Assembly: GCA_051313645.2 (NCBI GenBank)
Contig: JBNRSN020000007.1
Coordinates: forward strand, 291,648,001-291,712,000
Length of the DNA stretch: 64,000 nucleotides
Source of the DNA: Centroscyllium fabricii
Lineage: Eukaryota
Reading direction: 5' to 3'
Shown: positions 26,450 to 40,110 of the stretch, in pieces
Layout: each line of letters begins with the position of its first letter
Numbering within the stretch: position 1 is the stretch's first letter
Program-made: the position numbers and the translations under genes
Notes under the pieces: model-generated
Told to the model about the DNA's origin: nothing
The model's input: the letters and a program-made list of their open reading frames with translations, nothing else
The model's database searches: none

Positions 26450-26760
26450 ATGTTCACAAGACAGGCTACCCCAGAGTTGCGCCAGGTGCTGCCCAATGAT
26501 CTGCAGACATCTAGATCAAGAATGGTTCTTCCTGTAGTAGAGGGTTACCATGTCATGCCACCTTACCATTCCATGTCATGCCAGGAGATATCTGGCACAC
26601 CAGGCAGTCTGCAGTGCACACATCAGGGAAGTAACAGCGGCTATGTTTACATGGGGCAACACCTTCGTCACTTATGCTGTGGAAAGGAGGCAGCAGCTGG
26701 AGAAAATGTACAACTTTCACCAAATGGCAGAGTTCCCTTGAGTGCAGAATGTTGCATGTG
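26450..26760 (+). pseudogene. Degenerate PIF/Harbinger (HARBI1-like) transposase remnant
   Basis: HIREVTAAMF...NFHQMAEFP*VQ resembles Harbinger IREVTDAL...FAAIAGFPxVQG. Confidence 0.5.
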
Positions 26761-27256
26761 TTAGTCCGAGGCATCGGGGCCCTTCGTATCAACCCCACGG
26801 CCTCCATGCAAAGACGTAGTGGATCAGCTGTCAATATAGCATTGAAACTGCATTTGCACCCATTAATGCAACTCTATTGAGAACTAGCTTAAGTTCCCTC
26901 TGAAGTTCATTACATATTCATCGTGGACACCCAATGTTAATAGGGTCCTCTGTAGGCAGTTTGCCTGCCTGGGAAATCCAGCGTTTGTGCAAGGGTCAAG
27001 GCAGCCTAAGTGTGGCTTAGTGAAATGTCTGCAGGTATTGATTCTTCAAGGCTTTGAGAAGACTCCAGTTTAGGCGCTATTGTCTGTAATGCAGCAAAGA
27101 AGCAACAGCTTTATGGCTTAGTTACCTTGGGAGTGAGTTACCAAGGCCAATTACCTTGGGAGTGAGTGCCATTTCCAGCAACCACATGGCTATTCAATAT
27201 CAAAGGAAATTCACTGACATCATCAGGGCAGCCAAGGTTAACACATGGTCGTCCTA

Positions 27257-30200
27257 TTTTTTTTTATCCATTGATGGGATGTGGGCGTCGCTGGCTGGCT
27301 AGGCCTGCATTTAGTGCCCATCCCTAATTGCCCTTGAGAAGATGGTGGTGAGCCGCCTTCTTCAACTGCTGCAGTCCATATGGTGTAGGTACACCCACAA
27401 TGTTGTTAGGAAGGGAGTTCCAGGATTTTGGCCCAGCGACAGTGAAGGAGCGGCGATACAGGTCCAAGTCAGGATGGTGTGTGGCTTGGAAGGGAACTTG
27501 TAGGTGGTGCTGTTCCCATGAGTCTGCTGCCCTTGTCCTTCTAATTGGTAGAGGTCGCGGGCTTGGAAGGTGCTGTTGAAGGAGCTTTGGCGAGTTGCTG
27601 CAGTGCATCTTGTAGATGGTACACACTGCAGCCAGTGCGCCGGTGGTGGAGGGAGTGAATGTTGAAGGTGGTGGATGGAGTGCCAATCAAGCGGCCTGCT
27701 TTATCCTGAATGCTGTCGAGCTTCTCGAGTTTTGTTGGAGCTGCACTCATCCAGGCAAGTGGAGAGTATTCCATCACACTCCTGACTTGTGCCTTGTGGA
27801 AAGGCTTTGGGGAGTCAGGAGGTGAGACACTTGCCGCAGAATTCCCAGCCTCTGGCCTGCTCTTGTAGCCACAGTATTTATATGGCTGGTCCAGTTCAGT
27901 TTCCGATCAATGGTAACCCCCCAGGATGTTGATAGTGGGGGATTCAGCGATGATAATGCCATTGAATGTCAAGGGGAGATGGTTAGAGTCTCGCTTGTTG
28001 GAGATTCAATTCAATTCAAGTTGTATTGTCATTGCAGAGTACTAGTACAATACAACGAGACGAAGACTCGACTCTCCCGAGAGTAGTGCAAATAAATAAA
28101 TTACATGCAAATTGCATACAGTAAAGTACATTATCAGGCGTGCAGGTACCGGAGTTTCTTTTTAGAGTTCAGGAGGCGGACAGCCCTGGGGAAGAAGCTG
28201 TTCTGAAATCTAGTCGTGCGGGTGCAAATTGCTCTGTAGCGTCTCCCAAAGGGCAGGGGGGCGAACAGACTGTGGCTGGGGTGTGTGGGGTCTTTAATAA
28301 TGTTCAGAGACCTCCGTAAGCAGCGTTTGAGGTAGCTGTGTACCGGTAATTCGTTGGGCAGTTTTGACTACCCGCTGCAGGGTTTTCCGGTCCGAGATAG
28401 TGCAATTACCATACCAGACAGTGATGCAGCTTGTCAGTATGCTTTCTATTGTGCAGCAGAAGTTGGAGAGGATGCCGGATGACAGCCTGGCTTTCTTCAG
28501 CTTCCTTAGGAAGTACAGGCGCTGTTGGGCCTTCTTAACCAGAGAGGAGGTGTTTAGTGACCAGGAGAGATCTTCCGAGATGTGGACCCCGAGGAACTTG
28601 AAGCTGGACACCCTTTCCACCTCAGCCCCTTGGATGAAGATGGGGGTGTGTCTTCTGCTTCCAGTCCTCCGGAAGTCCACTATGATCTCCTTGGTTTTCT
28701 TGGTGTTCAGTGCCAGGTTGTTGTCGGCACACCAACCCACAAAGCGCTGGATCTCATCCCTGTAGGCTGACTTGTCGTTGTTGGTGATCTGGCCAACCAC
28801 CGTGGTGTCATCCGCGAACTTGATGATCGTGTTGGAGCCATGGACAGCCGCACAGTCGTGAGTGAAGAGGGAGGAGAGGAGGGGGCTCAGCACACAACCT
28901 TGTGGGGCCCCCGTGTTCAGGGTAAGGGGGGGGGGGAGGTGAGGTTGCCTAACTTCACAGACTGTGGTCTGTTGGTTAGGAAGTCCAGGGTCCAGTTGCA
29001 GAGGGAGGTGTTCAGGCCAAGGGTGAGGAGTTTGGTAGACAATTTGCTGGGGACGATGGTGTTGAATGCTGAGCTGTCGTCAATAAACAGCATTCTGATA
29101 TATGTATCTTTGCTATCCAGGTGGTTTAGTGCAGAGTGAAGAGCCGTAGTGATAGCATCCTCTGTAGATCTGTTCCCACGGTAGGCGAACTGGTATTGGT
29201 CTAGGGCGGCGGGGATGCTGGCTTTGATGTGGGCCAGGACCAGCCGCTCGAAACACTTCATAATAATGGGTGTAAGTGCAACAGGGCGGTAGTCGTTCAG
29301 GCACGTCACGGCCGTTTTCTTGGGCACAGGGATGATGGTGGCGGTCTTGAAGCAGGTAGGGACAGCTGCCTTCGGCAGTGACAGGTTGAAGATGTCAGTG
29401 AAGACTTCAGCCAGTTGGTCGGCACATTCTTTGAGTGCCCGGCCGGGGATGCCATCAGGACCCGCGGCCTTCCGTGCGTTCACTCTACGTAGAGCACCTC
29501 TAACGTCGGAGCAGGACAGTGTTAATGGCTGGTCTTCCGGGGATTGCAGGACTTTGGTGGCTGGCTCCTTGTTGTCCCTGTCGAAGCGAGCGTAGAAGTT
29601 GTTGAGTTCCTCCGGTAGGGAGGCATCGCCGGTCGGGGGGCTGGTGTTTCTGCACTTGTAGTCCGTGATGGACTGTATGCCTTGCCACATACGTCGAGGG
29701 TCCGAGTTGTTGTGAAAGTGTTCCTTGCCTGGCACTTGTGTAGTGCGAATGTTACTTGCCACTTGTCAGCCCAAGTCTGAATGTTGTCCAGGTCTTGCTG
29801 CATATGGACACTGACTGCGTCAGTATCTGACGAGTCTCGAATGGTGCTAAACAGTGTGCAATCATCAGCGAACATCCCCATTTCTGACCTTATGATGGAG
29901 GGAAGGTCATTGATGAAACAGCTGAAGATGGTTGGGCCAAGGACACTGCCCTGAGGAACTCCTGCAGTGATGTCCTGTGGTTGAGATGAATGACCTCCAA
30001 CAACCACAGCCAACTTCCTTTGTGCTAGGTATGATTCCAACCAATGGAGAGTTCTCCCCTTGATTCCCATTGACTTCAGCTTTGCCAGGGCTCCTTGATG
30101 CCACACTCGATCAAATGCTGCCTTGATGTCAAGGGCAGTCACTCTCACCTCACCTGAGTTCAGCTCTTTTGTCCGTGTTTGGACCAAGGCTGTAATGAGG

Positions 30201-32260
30201 TCAGGAGCTGAGTGGCCCTGGCGGAATCCAAACTGGGCGTCAGTTAGCAGGTTATTGCTGAGTAAGTGCCGCTTGATAGCACTGTTGACGACACCTTCCA
30301 TCACTTTGCTGATGATTGAGAGTAGACTGATGGGACGGTAATTGGCCAGGTCGGATTTGTCCTGCTTTTTGTAGACAGGACATACTTGGGCAATTTTCCA
30401 CATTGCTGGTTAGATGCCAGTGTTGTAGCTGTACTTGAACAGCTTGGCTAGGGGCGCAGCTAGTTCTGGAGCACAAGTCTTCAGTACTATTGCCGGAATG
30501 TTGTCGGGGCCCATAGCCTTTGCAGTATCTAGTGTCTTCAGCCGTTTCTTGACATCACGTGGAGTGAATTGAATGGGCTGAAGACTGGCATCTGTGATGA
30601 TGGGGACCTCAGGAGGGGGCCGAGATGGATCATCCACTCGGCATTTCTGGCTGAAGATAGTTGCAAATGCTTCAGCCTCGTCTTCTGCACTCACGTGCTG
30701 GCCTCCACCATCATTGATGGGGATATTTTTGGAGCCTCCTCCTCCTGTTAACTGTTTAATTGTCCACCACCACTCACGACTGGATGTGGCAGGAGTGCAG
30801 AGCTTTGATTTGATCCGATGGTTGTGAGATCGCTTAGCTGTCTATCGCATGTTGCTTCTGTTGTTTGGCATGCAAGTAGTCCTGTGTTGCAGCCTCACCA
30901 GGTTGACACCTCATTTTTCGGTATGCCTGGTGCTGTTCCCGGCATGCTCTCCTGCACTCTTCGTTAAACCAGGGTTGATCTCCCGACTTGATGGTAATGG
31001 TGGAGCGAGGGATATGCCGGGCCATGAGGTTACAGATTGTGGTTGAATACAATTTTGCTGATGGCCCACAGCGCCTCATGGATGCCCAGTTTTGAGTTGC
31101 CAGATCTGTTCAAAATCTGTCCCATTTAGCACGGTGGTATTGCCACATAACACGGCGGAGGGTATCTTCAACATGAAGACGGGACTTCGTCTCCACAAGG
31201 ACTGTGCGGTGGTCACTTCCACCAATGCCATCATGGACAGATGCATCTGCAACAGCTAGATTGGTGAGGACGAGATAAGTAGGTTTTTCCCTCTTGTTGG
31301 TTCCCTCACCACCTGTCCCAGACCCAGTCTGGCAGCTATGTCCTTTAGGACTCGGCCAGCTGTGGTGCTATCGAGCCACTCTTAGGTGATGGACATTGAA
31401 GTCCCCCACCCAGAGGACATTTTGTGCCCTTGCTACTCTGTGCTTTTTCCAATTGATGTTCAACATGGAGGAGTACTGATTCATCAGCTGAGGGAGAGCG
31501 GTAGGTGCTAATTAGCAGGAGGTTTCCTTGCCAATGTTTGACTTGATGCCATGAGACCTCATGGGGTCCTGAGTCAATGTTGGGGACCCCCAGGGCTACT
31601 CCCACCCAACTGTATACCATGGTGCCACCACCTCTGGTGGGTCTGTCCTGCCGGTGGGACAGGAGATACCCAGGAATGGTGACGATGGTGTCTGGGACAT
31701 TGGCTGTGAGGTATGATTCTGTGGGTATGATTGTGAGTATGACTATGTCAGTCTGTTGCTTGACCAGTCTGTGGGACAGCTCTCCCAATTTTGGCACAAG
31801 TCCCCAGATGTTTGTGAGGAGGACTTTGCAGGGTCGACAGGGCCGGGTTTGCCGTTGATGTTGTCGTTTCCGGTGCCGAGGTCGATGCCGGGTGGTCCGT
31901 CCAGTTTTATTCTTAGCGTTTTTCGTAGCGTTTGTTCACAACTGAGTGGCTTGCTAGGCCATTTCAGAGGGCATTAAGAGTCAACCACATTGCTGTGGGC
32001 CTGGAGTCACATGTAGGCCAAACCAGGTAAGGATGGCAGATTTCCTTCCCGAAAGGACATGTGAACCAGATGGGTTTTTGCAACAATTGACAATGGTATC
32101 ATGCCATTACTAAGACTAACATTTAATTCCAGAATTAAATTGAATTTAATTTAAATTCCACCAGCTGCCGTGGCGGGATTTGAACCCATATCTTCAGAGC
32201 ATTTGACTGAGCCTCTGGCTTACTAGTCTAGTGATATAACCACTACGCCACCGCCTACCC
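27257..32260 (-). mobile_element. Apparently full-length APE-RT LINE (CR1 group, no ORF1) with tRNA-derived head, interrupted by Rex1
   Basis: APE TNIWGLVPKL...DIVILT..ESYL; RT ALDIKAAFDRVWH, VPQGSVLGP, MFADD; A-tail at 27257; box A 32240-32250, box B 32176-32186. Confidence 0.85.
28004..29725 (-). mobile_element. Rex1/Babar copy nested in the LINE
   Basis: [25 protein letters not shown]; (TTGAA)n tail; host LINE resumes at 29726; no clear TSD. Confidence 0.92.
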
Positions 32261-35094
32261 ATCTTGCAACAATGCACTGTAATAGGCATGTTTCCAAATT
32301 GCATCAACATTGCCCTCACTGTGTTGAATACATCTGCAACACACCACCTACATATAGGGGATACCCACAATAACCTTCACAATCCATTCCTTCTCTACAA
32401 GTGTTAATTTACTCACAGCTGGACACATAGGCAAGCAGTGAAAGACTCAAATGATGGGATTTCATTGCCAGCATCCGTTACCCCTTTCAGAAAACTGGGT
32501 TGCATCCTGCCTGATGGGATGTAGCGTTCCTGCACTCTACTTCAAGGGGGAAAACAACCCACAACCAAAACAAAGATTGTTCCAGCTCAATCGCCAGGAC
32601 TTTTGCTGCAAATCAGCCAGCCACTCAACCATCTGCCACAGCCAAAGTAGGTGGCTAGGATTGAAAGTGCACACAATAGGAGGCACCAAGGTAGCTGTAG
32701 TTTGTTGCATTTGTTTAGTGATGGAATGCATGCTTACAAATTTGGGGCAAGGTGGGAAATTCCCTGTGTGGAGGAGTAAAAGAATGATCTCCAAATGTGT
32801 GCTTGGTAGTTGTGGAAGACAGCAACATGCCAGCAAGAGGCTGAATCGTGGTTTTTGCCAAACGGGACTGTGATGGCAGCACTAATTTGGTAGTGGGCTT
32901 GCATCCTCGCCAACATAACTCAAGTTACTACTTTGAGGGAGGCATAGCCTTCTGAAGGATTGCCAAGGAGTCATGGTGAAATACCCATAATTGGATCAGC
33001 AGGCAGGAAGAGATGGATATCAGAAGTTACCCATGATACCTGTCCAGCGTGGCCTCTCTGCAGTGGTCCTTTTTATAGCAGAGGAAGAAAGGAAGGCACA
33101 AGAGGCACACCAATGGTTCCCGAAGCCCAGTCCACAAAATTAAACTTAAAGAAACTTTTTAAATACTTAAAGAAACTTTAAATAAGTACTTAAAAAATTT
33201 ATATGCTTAAAAAGAATCTTAAATATGCTTAAAATATACTTTTAAAAACTTACCTGCAGCTTGCTCCAGGTCGCTTGCGTCCTGTCACATCTGCAATGAC
33301 TCTAGCCTCTGCCAATGAGCTACGGCACCAAACCAAGCCCCCAGCTGTCATTTACATGTAGCGACACTGGCAAGTGGCAGCCAAGAAGACTCCAAGGCAT
33401 ATTTTGTGGGCTGATTTGACAGTAGATCTCCCTGTCCCATATTCCTCCCAATAACACTACAGAACTGTCTGAAATCAGGTGGATTCCCAGAGGCCAATAT
33501 TGCTTGAGCATACAATTAATGTCTAGGTGGTATCTGACTACACATATATCAACATGCATATCCGTAGCCGTTTTCCAGGGTGAGACCACGATGCCGTCAT
33601 TTTATGGCAGTCCACTGTGCCCACATTAGTTGAAGGAGAAGGAACACTGGGCAAATGACTCTTAGAATAGCGATATTCTTTCCACCCACGGTTGCAGACC
33701 TCTGAGAAAGGTAACAGCAGAGGAACACCTCGGCCTGGTCACCTCGGCATCCATTTTCTGATCCTCGGCGATGTAGCTTGGGCACAATGACGATGTGTGT
33801 GCAAAAGGGCAAGAGTCGAATACAACACTTGAATGATACTTCCCAGCGGGAGCAGTACTTCCCACCTTAAATTGTGCCATGGTTCATGGGTTACAAGAAT
33901 TGAGAGCAAAACTGAGACGTAAAGTTACCTTTGAATTCCACTTTATACTGGCTAATGTCTTTCTCATGTTGGTTTAAAAGTCTGGTTAAGCATTTAACCC
34001 AATGGTGCATCCATTTTCTTTCTACCATAAATGGTTACGGTGTAGCTTGAGAAATCCTCTAAAGTGCATTTCTCTCAAGGTTTTACATGTTTTGCTCAAG
34101 TTATATTTAGATTCTATTTATTGCCGTTTGTTTTGAACTGTTAAGACAGCACAGAGGAATTACTCTGACTGGGGGGGAATGATATATAAAATCAAACAAT
34201 GAATGGTATTTAGTATCAATAGCCCCAACTCCATGGAATTTAATATCAATCGCCCCACTACATTTTTGTTGTCAACTATGATCAGCGGTGTTCTCTGTCC
34301 ACTTTAGAAAGAGGAGTGCTGCGATGCTCTGAGCCCGACGGTCGCCACACACAAACCTCATTTTGAAAGATCGCGAGGATAGTGACAATGAGCTGGGGAA
34401 AAAATCCAGTGGAATTGGAACTTGACTTTTTCATCTCTTGCGAATTCAGTAGGGGTGAAGAAGAGTGTGTGTAATTCCCCAACGTGCCCAGTGATTTTCC
34501 AGGATCAACCGATAACTTCCTGTTCAGACAACTAAGCATCATCTATTGGGACCTTAACCAAAATGCGCCAATGATGAAATGTTGGCTACATAAGTCATAA
34601 GCAAATTAATTATTTTTAAGACACAAGTCTGTAATTCTGTCACAATGTTACATGGAGCAGTTATCACTTCTATGTGGAGCATGGCTTAGAGATCTCTGCT
34701 GATGCGGATATATTTGGTGTGTAAGTCTGTTATGTATGGAGGATAAACTGGTCAGGGAGTCAGATTACCCACCTGCAGTATTCCACGCCCTCCCCATACC
34801 AAACTCTCCCTCTTTCTCCACTTCTCTGATGGGAGTACTTGCAAATCTCTACATATTTATACACTGGTGCTGCACCCATTTCCTTTCCTGCCACTTTGGT
34901 TGAAAAGAAGTGGACAACTGTTACATTTCCATGTTATATCCTTTCATTTAAGTTACACTGAGACTAGGGATTTTAACTTGCAAGCCTGTAGACAAAGCAA
35001 ATATGCAGCCCTGCAAGCATTACATTTTGGTGACAAATTTTAATTCATTTCTGTTAACTACTTTCTGGAAGTGAGCATGGGTGCATTAGCCTAA

Positions 35095-35405
35095 ACAGCC
35101 ACTCCGTCCACCACCAGCATACTGTGTCTGCAGTGTGTACTGTCTACAGGATGCACTGCAGCAACTCGTCAAGGCTTCTTCAGGAGCATCTCTCCAACCT
35201 GTGAGCTCCACCACTTACAAGAAAAAGGACAGCAGGCGCATGGAAACACCATCGCCTCAGAGTTCCTGCATCGTCAAGAGTCAAAACCCCTGGAACTCCC
35301 TACCCAACGGCACCTTCACCACACGGACCTCAGCCGTTCACCAATACCTTCTCGGAGCAACTAGGGATGGACAATAAGTGCCCGTGTTGCTCACACCCAG
35401 AGTGT
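35095..35405 (+). mobile_element. Degenerate 3' fragment of the 27257-32260 LINE family
   Basis: gcagtgtgtactgtctacaggatgcactgcagcaactc ... ctagggatggacaataa. Confidence 0.7.
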
Positions 35406-36334
35406 GAATAATGTCTGGAGTACAGGTGTTAGCTTCAACGGTATGGATTGCCCCAGTTTATATTATCAGGAAAAAACTTGTTTAATTAGTTCTTCAATGT
35501 ATACATTTTGCCACTATGAGAAGAGACCCAACCGTTATTGTAAAATATGCCGCCATCCAGGAAAGCCATGGAGATCTCAAAATTAGCACCTGTGATGTGA
35601 AAGGCTGCTTCTGGCATAAAAGCCTTGCAATCGCTGCTATTCGTCAATGCACTCAGATTAACTGTATTCCAAGTCAGTGGAGGAGACAGGACTCCAGAGC
35701 AATGCTTCCTTTGATCTTTTTTTGGGTGCACGGCCCCTTTATCGGGTTGCGTGGGCTGTTAATTCCTGTGCGTGCCTGGTTTTTCCTATTGTAAAACCAG
35801 CAAGCGGCCTGGGCGAGACCAACGGACAGCTGCATCTTAACGGGAACATTGCTCCAGAACCAGCAAGCCGTGTACCTTGTTATTTTGGTCTCAAAAGTTA
35901 AGAGTATCTGAGCGAGTGGTATTTTATTCTGCTGATATAACTTATTCTGGTTATATACCGCTCATAAACAATTCATAGTTTAGCATGAGATTAAGCCTCT
36001 GGCAGTGAGCGTGTTGTTTTCCTACCTGTCAGAGATAGAGTGCACTTGCTCCTTCTTGCAGCTGCCTTTTCTGGTGAGCAGTGTGTTGAGGGTCTGAAAT
36101 ATAATGTACCCAATGTACAATGTACATGGGAGTAGGGTTGTGGGGGGGGGGGGGGGGGGGGGGGGGGAGGGAGAGGGGAGAGAGACTGCAGCATTCACAA
36201 GGCTGCTGTGCTGGAAAACTTTAAATGGTAAAATTTCTGAGTTTTTCCTTAGTGGATGATGGTCGGTCGACTTTTGTGGAAGACAAAAACTAGGAAGAAA
36301 TCTAAAGTTTCTGTTCATTGTACTTCGATTCACC

Positions 36335-36775
36335 GGAATGAGGGGCTAAAAGCGTTAAATTATGAGGACACAATGCTTGTATTCCCTCGAGTATAGAAGA
36401 TTCAGGGGGTGAGCTAATTGAGGTGTTTAAGATGATTAATGAAGTTGATCGGGTAGAGAGAAACTATTTCCTCGGGGGGGGGGTGGGAGAAGAGTGTCCA
36501 GGACAAGGGGGCAGAACCTCAAAATTAGAGCCAACCGTTCAGTGGTGATGTCAAGAAGCACTTCTTCACACAAAGGGCAGTGGAAATTTGGAAATCTCCC
36601 CCAAAAAGCTGTTGAGGCTGCTGGTCAACTGAAAATGACAGATTTGTGTTAGGCAAGGGTATTAAAGGGTTACGGAATCAAGGCAAGTCAATGGAGTCAA
36701 CGCAGGTCAGCCAGGATCTAATTGAATGGCGGAACAGGCTTGAGGGACTGAATGGCCTCCTCCTGTTCCAAGGTT
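36335..36775 (+). mobile_element. CR1 3' fragment
   Basis: aagcacttcttcacacaaaggg and tail gaatggcctcctcctgttcc. Confidence 0.75.
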
Positions 36776-37129
36776 CCTTACCCTCCAAAAACAGTGCTCT
36801 ATTGGAACAGTTACTACCTGCATTTCACTGGTGACAGAATCACAGCACTATTCCAGTCAGCATTATCCCACCCGGGAGAGGGCTGCTGAAACCAGATGTA
36901 CAACTTTGTGTTTAACTACATTAATCTCATCCCTTCAATGGAACTTATTTCCTTCTCCAGTTTTTCTCTACTTGCCCCCTCTTCTCCTGGAGGTGGCAAC
37001 CCACGCTTAGTCTCATGTGCGAAACCAGACAGTGAGTCAGCAAACTTTTCAAATGAAAGCCAGCGGAGCTGAACCCATCCTGTCCTCACCCATGGTTCTA
37101 GTAGTATGATGACAATCCCTGTACCACTA

Positions 37130-38530
37130 CGCTGAGTTCTAACAAACCAATTACAGATCAAAGTATTTCCACTGATTCCCCCTTTCCTTATTTTCAGTAC
37201 CAGCCTTTCCAGAGGAACTGTATCAAATACCTTACTGAAATCCAAGTGCACCACACCCACTGCTGCACGGCCCATCAAGCTCCTTTGTAATACCCTCAAA
37301 GGAAACCAGTAAATTAGATCGGCATGACCTCCCCTTCATGAACCCGTATTGGCTAGCTTTTATGATTTTATTTGTATTCTGATGCTCCATGATTTTATCT
37401 TTAATAAGGGTTTCCATAACTTAACTCGCAATGGATGACAAACACACTGGTCTATAGTTTCCTGGGTCACTTTTGCTACATTATTTAAAGATAGGAGTAA
37501 CATCTGCCTTTCTCCAGTCTTCAATGATTTCTGGAAGATTTGTGTCAGTTTCTGCAATTTCATTACTTAGATCCTTGAATGCATTTCCCAGGCCCGGAGA
37601 TTGATCACCCTAAATTTACACAGATGTTTGGCAACCATGTTAGCAGTAATGTGAATAGTGTCACAACTTACCTATGCAGCACCCTCTGGTTCCCTTTCCA
37701 GATCAAATAAGTGACCTGTCTCCTGCTTAGTAAAAACCAAGGCAAAAAACTTTTCTTTGGACTTTTGTAGGCTGTATAGCATCAGTTGTCATGTCTGATC
37801 CAACATTCAGGGGCCCCACTGCATCCTGCATGTTTCTTTATCTCTCAACATACCTAAAAAAAATGACTATCCTTCACTTCTCTAGTCATATTCAATTCAA
37901 AATTTGTCTTCACCACTTTGGGTATTGAATCAGTCTCAATTCTGTGCCTCTTTCCTTCATGGCCTTAAATGGCTTTTTTTCTTCACGAGTTGCTTAGTAG
38001 TCCGGTTCATCCATGCAGGAACGCCTTTAACCTTGGTACCTTTGCTCTGCAGGGTACACATTGATCCACTGCATTCAGAATTACCTCCTTGAAGGAACTC
38101 CATAGTTCCTCCATTCCCAGAGCCATGTTCAAACCTGCCAGGTCCACTCTGAGGAGTCTTCCAAGCACAAAGTTGGACGTCTTAAAATTTGGTAATTGTG
38201 TTTCGGGGTTTTATAACACCTCTAATCCTTGTAATGTTCAACTGAGTCATAAAACAGTCTTCTATTAAATCTAGAAATTCCTTCCCCGCCTTACTAGTAT
38301 TATTGTCCCAATCAATTCCTGGTAAGTTGGAATCTCCAACTATGACAGCTGGTCCCTTGCTAGCCACTTTCCTTATCTCATCCCACAGTTCCAGGGCTTT
38401 CGCCTTGGCCTGGGGAGGTCCATAGCATACCCCCAATAATAGTTTACCTGTTACCCTCTATCAATTCTACCGAAAGTGATTTGGTGTCTGGCCCTTCCTT
38501 TTTTATGCCCCCTCTCACTTGTGCCTCAAT
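37130..38530 (-). mobile_element. Old CR1 ORF2 remnant (APE and RT start)
   Basis: GVCYGPP, VIVGDSNLPGIDW, SQYGFMKGRSCRSNL, LDFSKVFDTVP. Confidence 0.8.
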
Positions 38531-39023
38531 GCTAGCCAGCAATGGTTCCAATACAGTGTTGATGAATTAGACAGAATATTATGGCAGAGAATTTCCAATG
38601 ATTATTCTTTTTCAGGCCCAAATTTTACTGCCCCAACTTCTCAAAAATCACAAGAACTGTGATTTGATGCATAAGGCAAAGCACATGAATTGCTTCGGTA
38701 AGAATCCAGGTGAGAGACACACTGGCAGAATGGGGTGTTTTTTTTAAAACTAAAATTTGAATACATATTGGAAGATAACTTTTATTATATGTGCCCCACT
38801 GTGTAATATGCAGGACATCAATTATTAATTAATTTTTTATCAATTAAAGATTTTAAGCAATTTTTGATTGATGATGACTCTTTCCATGAAGAATTTTCTA
38901 TGTAAATAGACCAGTAATTGTAAAAAAAAGTTACAATTTGGCAACTGATAAACCACTAAACTGCTTCTGTGTAAATCACACACAAACTGACTGGCCAAGA
39001 TTACAGCAACTAAGCAGGGAAGA

Positions 39024-39028
<5 letters not shown>

Positions 39029-39060
<32 letters not shown>
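39029..39060. repeat. (AG)n microsatellite
   Basis: Read directly. Confidence 0.9.
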
Positions 39061-39061
<1 letters not shown>

Positions 39062-39286
39062 ACAAACAGATGAGAGAACAAGCTAAAGACATTGACAGAC
39101 TGAGGGATTAACCACCCTGGGAGGGGCTGGGTGGACATGAAATGATCATCAGAAACCAGACTAGGCCCCAGGCTCTGGAATTCTTTCTCCAAACCTCGTC
39201 ACCTCTCTCTCCTCCCTTAAGACGCTGCTTAAAACCGACCTCTTCGGCCATCTGTCTAATGTCTCCATCTTTGGCTCAGTGTCATT

Positions 39287-40110
39287 GGGCCCGGTTTTCC
39301 TGTGCTCCAGAGGAGGCTGCACACCCACGAAGGGGGTTCAGAAATGCCCCGTGGGTGTGCAGCACGGGTGATTCCCACGAACGGGAATTTCCTGTGCTGA
39401 TGGGCAAGGCCCGTCAGCTTCCAACGCAGGAAGACCTTGCACTGACGATTTCCTGTCAGAACGGGTGATTTTTAGAGTGATTCCGTGTGCAACTGGCTCA
39501 CAAGCTGCCCACGAAAAAACCAGTAGTAAGAGGGAGAAGATTTAGTTATTGAAGCAGGTAAGTTAATTTTTTTACTTACATTTTTTACAGTTTTTGGGAG
39601 TAGTGTGGCCAGATCGGTAGCGTTAAATTTTTAAGTTAAAGTTTGTTTTTTTTAATTACAAATCCGATTTTAAGTTAATTTACCTGTTTCAAATCGCTAA
39701 TTTTTAAAGTTAAATTTCTGAAATTTTTAACTCTCTAGCTATAAAAAAATCTAAGAGGAAAAAATGGCAGACTTACCTTCCGTTTCTTCCTCTGAGAAGC
39801 TGCTGTGCCCCCGCGCTGCTCCCCACCAATCTGTTAGTGCAGCTCCGCACTTCCCTGCTCTCACAAAGGTCCGACTCGGGATCTGTTAATTTAAATTAGG
39901 GCTCTGGGGGGCGTTTTTTATTTAAATTTGGGATCTGTGGGTGGGGCTTACACTGCGCACCTAGCGTGGCTGGACTGCCACGCAGCGCAGGAACGGGGAG
40001 GAACGAAGAGGAAATTGACGTTCACACTTCTGTGCAATGTTGGTGCGTGCGATTAGGAGTCCCCAGGGTCCTAGCGCACGCACTAACCGGCACACAGGAA
40101 AACAGGGCCC
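39287..40110. mobile_element. PIF/Harbinger-type MITE (824 bp) inserted in an older retroposon tail
   Basis: TIRs GGGCCCGGTTTTCCTGTG / CACAGGAAAACAGGGCCC; 3-bp TSD ATT on both sides. Confidence 0.85.
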
